DNA of 26,162 nucleotides from a virus (Duplodnaviria; Heunggongvirae; Uroviricota; Caudoviricetes): IMG/VR virus record IMGVR_UViG_3300028965_000026; one strand, 5' to 3'. Shown piece by piece: positions 21,425 to 26,162 of this stretch (position 1 is its first letter; each line of letters starts with the position of its first letter). The notes under the pieces were generated by a model. It saw only the letters and a program-made list of their open reading frames with translations, ran no database searches and was not told where the DNA came from. The position numbers and the translations under genes were made by a program.

Positions 21425-23057
21425 CCTTAAAGCGAATATCCGGATCGGAGGCACGATAGATCCGTCGTGGAAAAAATCGGTTGATGGGTTGAAGCACGGA
21501 TTATCAGGGGCAACACAGGAAGTGGCTCGTCTGACACGCCAGCAGGACGTACTGAAACGAAAAATTCAGGCTGGCGTTCTGGCTGGACAGGATATTACTG
21601 ATCTGCGAAAGCAGTATGAAAAGCTGGGTAAAAAAATTCATGATGCCACCGGAGAGCAGGACAAATTTAACCGTAAGCTGGCGCGCGCGGAACGTCTGGC
21701 TCGCTGGAAAGGGTGGGCCGGGACCGTTCTTAAGACCGGGCTGGGGCTTTCGGTTGGTTCCGGGCTTACGCTGGCAGCAGGTGCAAGTGCGGTACTGAAC
21801 CGGAATTCGGAAACAGCAGAGCGTGCAGGGATAGCGCGGAGCTACGGGGTGGACTATGAAACCTATGCGGCGTGGGATTCACTGGGCCGTCAGATGGGGT
21901 TAAACGGTGAAAACATCGGTGATCTGTTTGAGGAATACCGGAACAAGGTTTTTGACGATGATAATGGTGCCACGGACAAAGGAGCCATTCAGGAGGTATT
22001 CGGTAAACTGGGGCTGAAAGCGGGCGTAATGGCCGGAAAAAGCAACCAGGAGCAGGTCGAATTTTTGTTTGATCGCTTACTGCAGGTTGAGAATGAGCAG
22101 CAGGCGGCGGGGATGGCTGATGCGTTGTTCGGTGGTGAGGCCAATAAAATTCTGACCTGGATGCGTCTGTCAGGGAAAACTTATCGGGAGCTTATCAGTG
22201 AGCAGAAACGCTATAACCTGGTGACAAAGGCAGGGGCTGATGGCGCGGTTCAGGGACATGTGGCACTGTCAAATCTCCGTAATGTTCTGAGTTCTTCCAT
22301 TGATGAAATCAGCGGACAGCTGGGTAATGAACTTGCCCCACATATTCAACAGGTGACGGATGACCTTGCGGCCTGGTTTAAGAATGGTGGGCTGGAAAAA
22401 ATCCGGGCATTTATTCGTGATGATGCCCTGCCGGCGCTGATCGACATGGCTGCCTGGATGTGGAAATTTGGAAAAGTTCTTGCCGGAATTACACAAAAAG
22501 CCATTGAGTGGGGGCTGGCGGATGATCCGCGAGAGGACCGACGGGAAGTGCTGGAGTATCTGGCAAAAATGGGGTCGCCGGAGCTGGCGAGAGCAGTGGC
22601 GCAGAAAAACGGTCAGGGTGAATGGTTTGATGAACTGCTCAGGCAAAATCCTGACCTGACAAAACAGGTTGTACAGGCCTATAAAGACACCCGCGGTTAT
22701 CTCCCCTGGAATCATGACGATAAAAAGTTTGATGCATTTCTCGACCCTCTGCTGGGGCCGAAAGAAGAACCTGATTTTAAGGCGATAAAAGAGAAATCCC
22801 GCACCTATATTGACGGACTACCTGCAGCAGTTCAGGGGCAGGGTAATTCGGATCCTCTCTCGGCTCTTCAGTATACCCCCGGCAGTGTCAGCCAGGTGGA
22901 AGTAAAACCCACGTATCAGATACGGGCGGAATTTAACATCACTCAGAAGCCCGGCGAGGATGCCGGACAACTGGCAGACAGGGTAACGAAAAATCTGGGA
23001 GATATTAATTTTGGTCAGCGTTCCCGCATGACCGATGGTGATGCATTCTGGGGGTGA
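21405..23057 (+). CDS. Tail tape measure protein
   Basis: 550-aa ORF after the chaperone/frameshift pair. Ala/Gly/Leu-rich and predicted helical with Gly-rich hydrophobic segments (LKTGLGLSVGSGLTLAAGASAVL); conserved position between E/E' and U. Confidence 0.85.
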   Translation: MATVGDNLKANIRIGGTIDPSWKKSVDGLKHGLSGATQEVARLTRQQDVLKRKIQAGVLAGQDITDLRKQYEKLGKKIHDATGEQDKFNRKLARAERLARWKGWAGTVLKTGLGLSVGSGLTLAAGASAVLNRNSETAERAGIARSYGVDYETYAAWDSLGRQMGLNGENIGDLFEEYRNKVFDDDNGATDKGAIQEVFGKLGLKAGVMAGKSNQEQVEFLFDRLLQVENEQQAAGMADALFGGEANKILTWMRLSGKTYRELISEQKRYNLVTKAGADGAVQGHVALSNLRNVLSSSIDEISGQLGNELAPHIQQVTDDLAAWFKNGGLEKIRAFIRDDALPALIDMAAWMWKFGKVLAGITQKAIEWGLADDPREDRREVLEYLAKMGSPELARAVAQKNGQGEWFDELLRQNPDLTKQVVQAYKDTRGYLPWNHDDKKFDAFLDPLLGPKEEPDFKAIKEKSRTYIDGLPAAVQGQGNSDPLSALQYTPGSVSQVEVKPTYQIRAEFNITQKPGEDAGQLADRVTKNLGDINFGQRSRMTDGDAFWG

Positions 23058-23548
23058 ATATGGTGGATTTGCTGGGCTGGGGTGTAAACCGGCTTGAGCG
23101 CGAAGCATGGGACGCGGTGGGCTCATTAACGGATGTCGCCTCCCGCGTCATGCTGTCGTTTGGTGAGTTTGAATTCAGTATTGATACTGCTGCTTATAAC
23201 GCCATGAAGCGCACGATGGAATGGCGATGGGATGAACAACAGCTTATCGGAAAAAACGATCTGCTGCAGTATACCGGCAAGGGGGCCAGAACAATAACCC
23301 TTGAAGGTATGGCGCACGCGGGATTTCGTGACGGTGTGGGAATGGATGCCCTTGATACACTGGTTCAGATGGTGGATGACAATCCGGCCCCGCATCTTCT
23401 GGTCTCGAGCACAGGTGATGTGATGGGGTATTTCGTGGCAACCGCCTATTCAGATAACACCACGTCCTTTCTTCCCGGCGGTGCGCCGAAGAACAAAACG
23501 TTCACACTGGAGCTGAAATACTATGGCGAAAAACTGGCGGACTACTGA
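23054..23548 (+). CDS. Tail protein (P2 gpU-like)
   Basis: 164-aa ORF following the tape measure, with overlapping stop and start (GTG 23054 or ATG 23060). Confidence 0.75.
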   Translation: MNMVDLLGWGVNRLEREAWDAVGSLTDVASRVMLSFGEFEFSIDTAAYNAMKRTMEWRWDEQQLIGKNDLLQYTGKGARTITLEGMAHAGFRDGVGMDALDTLVQMVDDNPAPHLLVSSTGDVMGYFVATAYSDNTTSFLPGGAPKNKTFTLELKYYGEKLADY

Positions 23549-23741
23549 CGGCGATATGCTGGATGACATCTGCCAGAGACACTATGGCAGTACCGGGCTT
23601 AACCAGTCACTGGCGGCGGTACTGGAAGCCAATCCCGGACTGGCTGACCTTGGTCCGGTCTATCCGGCGGGAGTGGAAATCGTGTTGCCGGACTGGGTAT
23701 ATGAACCGGAAGTGAAGGAGACGTTTCAGTTATGGGACTGA
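23523..23741 (+). CDS. Tail protein X (P2 gpX-like, LysM-type fold)
   Basis: 72 aa. DGDMLDDICQRHYG ... AAVLEANPGLADLGPVYPAGVEIVLPD matches P2 X (QGDTLDAICVRYYG ... ETVLAANPGLAELGAVLPHGTAVELPD). Confidence 0.85.
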   Translation: MAKNWRTTDGDMLDDICQRHYGSTGLNQSLAAVLEANPGLADLGPVYPAGVEIVLPDWVYEPEVKETFQLWD

Positions 23742-24820
23742 ATGAATATCAGCCGGATTTCAGTCTGACAGCGGAAGGCCAGGATATCACGAAGGCAATA
23801 AAACGTGGGCTGGCTGAGCTGCGATATACCGATAATGGTGCTGGCACAAAGCGGTCCGATGAACTGATGATAACGCTGTTCAGCGAGACGCTGGCGTTGC
23901 CACCGAAAGGCGCGGTGCTAACGCTGGGACTGGGGTTCAACGGAAATCTGGTCAATAAAGGCAGTTTTACCGTCTGTCAGGTGGCAAGCGGTGGTCCTCC
24001 CCGCCGGCTCACCATTTATGCCACCGCAGCCCCCATGAATGCGTCAAAACATGGCGCAGACGTGACCGCACTGAAAACCCGGGCTTTCAGCGATATCACA
24101 CTGGGCGACCTGGTGAAAACCATCGCCACTGAAAATAATCTGGTGGCGCGCGTCTCATCGGTGCTTGCTGATATTCATATCCCGTGGGTGATGCAGTCAT
24201 CAGAATCTGATGCTGCCCTCTTATCCCGCATTGCAGGTATGTACGGCGCCACCAGTAAACCGACCAGTGGCTACTGGTTATTTCTGGAATACGGGGCATC
24301 ACAGAGTACGGGGGGCAGAAATGCGCCCGAGATAACCATTACGCCGGGTATGGTATCAGACTGGGATTATCGTGAAGGTGAGCGACAGGGCGCTGCGGGT
24401 GGTGCGAAGGGGGATAAAAAGAGCGGGAAAGTTGGGGTCCGGTATTTTGATGCTCGTGACGGACGCACACGTGAAGTTAAAGTTGACGTGGAGTCAACAG
24501 ATAAGCGGCATCCGTTTACCCAGCCTGACCAGGGCACCGCAAAACACTGTGCAGAGTCGAAGGTTAAACGTGTGCAGAAAGCCGGACGCCAGATGACGAT
24601 AACGTTGCCCTGCAGGCCGGAACTGCTGAAAGCAGGGGCGGAGATGCGTTTTGTCACGCAGGGATTTGGTGTGCGTGAGGACCATCACTGGCAGGCTGAG
24701 TCTGTGGAGTTTTCACTGGTACCGGGACAGGGATTTACGCTGAATCTGTCACTGACCACGGATATTTCTGCAAAGGGGAAAGCCAGTGGCAAGAAAAAAG
24801 GCGTCAATTATTTTGGTTAA
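23732..24820 (+). CDS. Tail protein D (P2 gpD-like)
   Basis: 362-aa ORF in the P2 gene D position after U and X; contains SGGPPRRLTIYATAA similar to P2 D (SGPPDRLTITARSA). Confidence 0.8.
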   Translation: MGLNEYQPDFSLTAEGQDITKAIKRGLAELRYTDNGAGTKRSDELMITLFSETLALPPKGAVLTLGLGFNGNLVNKGSFTVCQVASGGPPRRLTIYATAAPMNASKHGADVTALKTRAFSDITLGDLVKTIATENNLVARVSSVLADIHIPWVMQSSESDAALLSRIAGMYGATSKPTSGYWLFLEYGASQSTGGRNAPEITITPGMVSDWDYREGERQGAAGGAKGDKKSGKVGVRYFDARDGRTREVKVDVESTDKRHPFTQPDQGTAKHCAESKVKRVQKAGRQMTITLPCRPELLKAGAEMRFVTQGFGVREDHHWQAESVEFSLVPGQGFTLNLSLTTDISAKGKASGKKKGVNYFG

Positions 24821-24844
24821 TGTTTTCTGAATCAGGAAATAAAC

Positions 24845-26162
24845 ATGTCTGTATTAATTTCGGGTGTGCTGACGGATGGCACGGGACTCCCCATGTCCGG
24901 ATACCATATTATTCTGAAAGCCCGACAGAATACATCCGCAGTGGTTATGAGAACGGTGGCAACAGTTTTGACGGGGCCGGCAGGAGAATATGCATTTGAG
25001 GCTCAGACCGGAAGATATGACGTTTATCTTCGGTCATGTATTGAAAGAGAATATTGTGTTGGTGATATTTCGGTTTACGACGATTCAAAGCCCGGTACAC
25101 TGAACGACTTTCTGACCGCCCTCGATGAAGGCGATTTAAAACCGGATGTCGTTAAGCGGTTCGAAGAACTGGTGGCGCAGGCGCAGCAGAGCGCGGAGGC
25201 GGCAGCGGAAAGCGAACGACAGGCCGGGCAACATGTCGCTGATGCGCAACAAATCAAGAGCGACTGCGAGACGCTGGCGGATAACGTACAGCAGAACGCC
25301 GAGGCCGTTGCTGAAGATAAAAGGCAGGTGGCACAGCTGGCATCATCTGCCACACAGGATGCGGCTCGCGCAGAGCAGGCCGTTAAGGACGCAGACAAAA
25401 TCGTCGATAAGGCTGTTGATAAACTCGGTGAAGTCGCAACGCTGAGCGGCGAGGTAAAAGCCAGCGCCGAAGTGGCAGCAAAAAGCGAGCAGAATGCAAA
25501 AAAACACGCGGATAATGCAGCAGAAATCGCACAGCAAACCGCACAGGACGCAGAAGCCACCACAACAGCCCGTGATGATGCGGAACGTTTTGCGGGTGAG
25601 GCAGAAAACAGTGCACAGACATCAGGGGCAGCGCGGGATGAATCGGTTGATGCTGCTGAACGTGCCTGCCAGCATAAAGAAGCAGCATCTTCGGCTGCGA
25701 CCAGTGCAGAAAATGCGGCAAATAAGGCGCAGGGACATGAAAATGCCACCGCAGAATACGCCCGGCAGGCGAAGGCCAGTCAGGATGCGAGCGAAGGCAA
25801 TGCGCAGGAAGCGAAACGGTGCAGGGACGAGGCGCAGCAGATTGTTGATGACCTGAAGGGAAGTAATGCCACCACGACAGAAAAAGGCCTGGTGCAACTC
25901 TGTAGTGACACGGATAACGACAGCGAAGAACTGGCGGCCACACCAAAAGCCGTCAAAGTCGTCATGGACGAGACGAATACAAAAGCGCCGCTGGACAGCC
26001 CGGCGTTCACCGGCACGCCAACCACACCAACCCCGCCGGACGATGCGACCGGGCTGGAGATGGCGAACGCGGCGTTTGTCCGCAAACTGCTCGCTGCACT
26101 GGTTGGCTCATCACCGGAAGCCCTGGACACGCTGAACGAACTGGCAGCGGCGCTGGGTAATG
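24845..26162 (+). CDS. Side tail fibre protein (lambda Stf-like), 3' end beyond the window
   Basis: ATG at 24845; frame open to the window end (missing from the six-frame track because no stop is reached). N-terminus MSVLISGVLTDGTGLPMSGYHIILKARQNTSAVV ... VYDDSKPGTLNDFLTAL matches lambda Stf (MAVKISGVLKDGTGKPVQNCTIQLKARRNSTTVV ... VYEDSQPGTLNDFLCAM). Then an Ala/Gln/Glu-rich coiled region and the conserved fibre collar motif GLVQL...ELAATPKAVKVVMDETNTKAPLDSPAFTGTPT...PEALDTLNELAAALGN. Confidence 0.85.
   Translation, partial: MSVLISGVLTDGTGLPMSGYHIILKARQNTSAVVMRTVATVLTGPAGEYAFEAQTGRYDVYLRSCIEREYCVGDISVYDDSKPGTLNDFLTALDEGDLKPDVVKRFEELVAQAQQSAEAAAESERQAGQHVADAQQIKSDCETLADNVQQNAEAVAEDKRQVAQLASSATQDAARAEQAVKDADKIVDKAVDKLGEVATLSGEVKASAEVAAKSEQNAKKHADNAAEIAQQTAQDAEATTTARDDAERFAGEAENSAQTSGAARDESVDAAERACQHKEAASSAATSAENAANKAQGHENATAEYARQAKASQDASEGNAQEAKRCRDEAQQIVDDLKGSNATTTEKGLVQLCSDTDNDSEELAATPKAVKVVMDETNTKAPLDSPAFTGTPTTPTPPDDATGLEMANAAFVRKLLAALVGSSPEALDTLNELAAALGN

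Noticed and set aside
21211-21459. +1-frame ORF overlapping the chaperone/tape-measure junction
   Set aside because: The slippery T7G site predicts a -1 shift, and it is the -1 frame that stays open to 21424; this ORF is in the other alternative frame and is probably a by-product of the overlap.
25075-25946. Minus-strand ORFs (25075-25749, 25383-25946, 25780-26130) and short + strand ORFs in other frames at the 3' end
   Set aside because: They overlap the Ala/Gln-rich coiled region of the Stf-like fibre gene, whose real frame (from ATG 24845) runs off the window and is therefore missing from the track. Their translations are low-complexity Ala/Ser/Cys/Arg strings.

Overview
Almost the whole window is the late region (lysis, DNA packaging, head, tail) of a mosaic temperate phage or prophage from an enterobacterium, with every supported gene on the + strand. 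In order: (1) the 3' part of an AraC-family regulator gene and a tandem tRNA-Thr(UGU)/tRNA-Gly(UCC) pair; (2) three intrinsic terminators in tandem, then a lysis cassette (holin, second membrane protein, T5-type endolysin, a small membrane peptide and a small lipoprotein); (3) an accessory island whose main cargo is an orphan K88/FaeG-like fimbrial subunit gene bracketed by terminators; (4) a lambda-like cos site and a lambda-type head module (Nu1, A, W, B, C/Nu3, D, E, FI, FII), in which the protease/scaffold gene carries a 138-bp repeat in about four tandem copies; (5) a P2-type contractile tail module (V, W, J, I, H, G, sheath, tube, E/E' with a T7G frameshift site, tape measure, U, X, D); (6) the start of a lambda Stf-like side tail fibre gene that runs off the 3' edge. 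No CRISPR array, rRNA, integrase or transposase was found. The most unusual content is the FaeG-like moron, the repeat-expanded scaffold domain and the small peptide/lipoprotein pair after the endolysin. All homology statements come from sequences recalled from memory, not from database searches.
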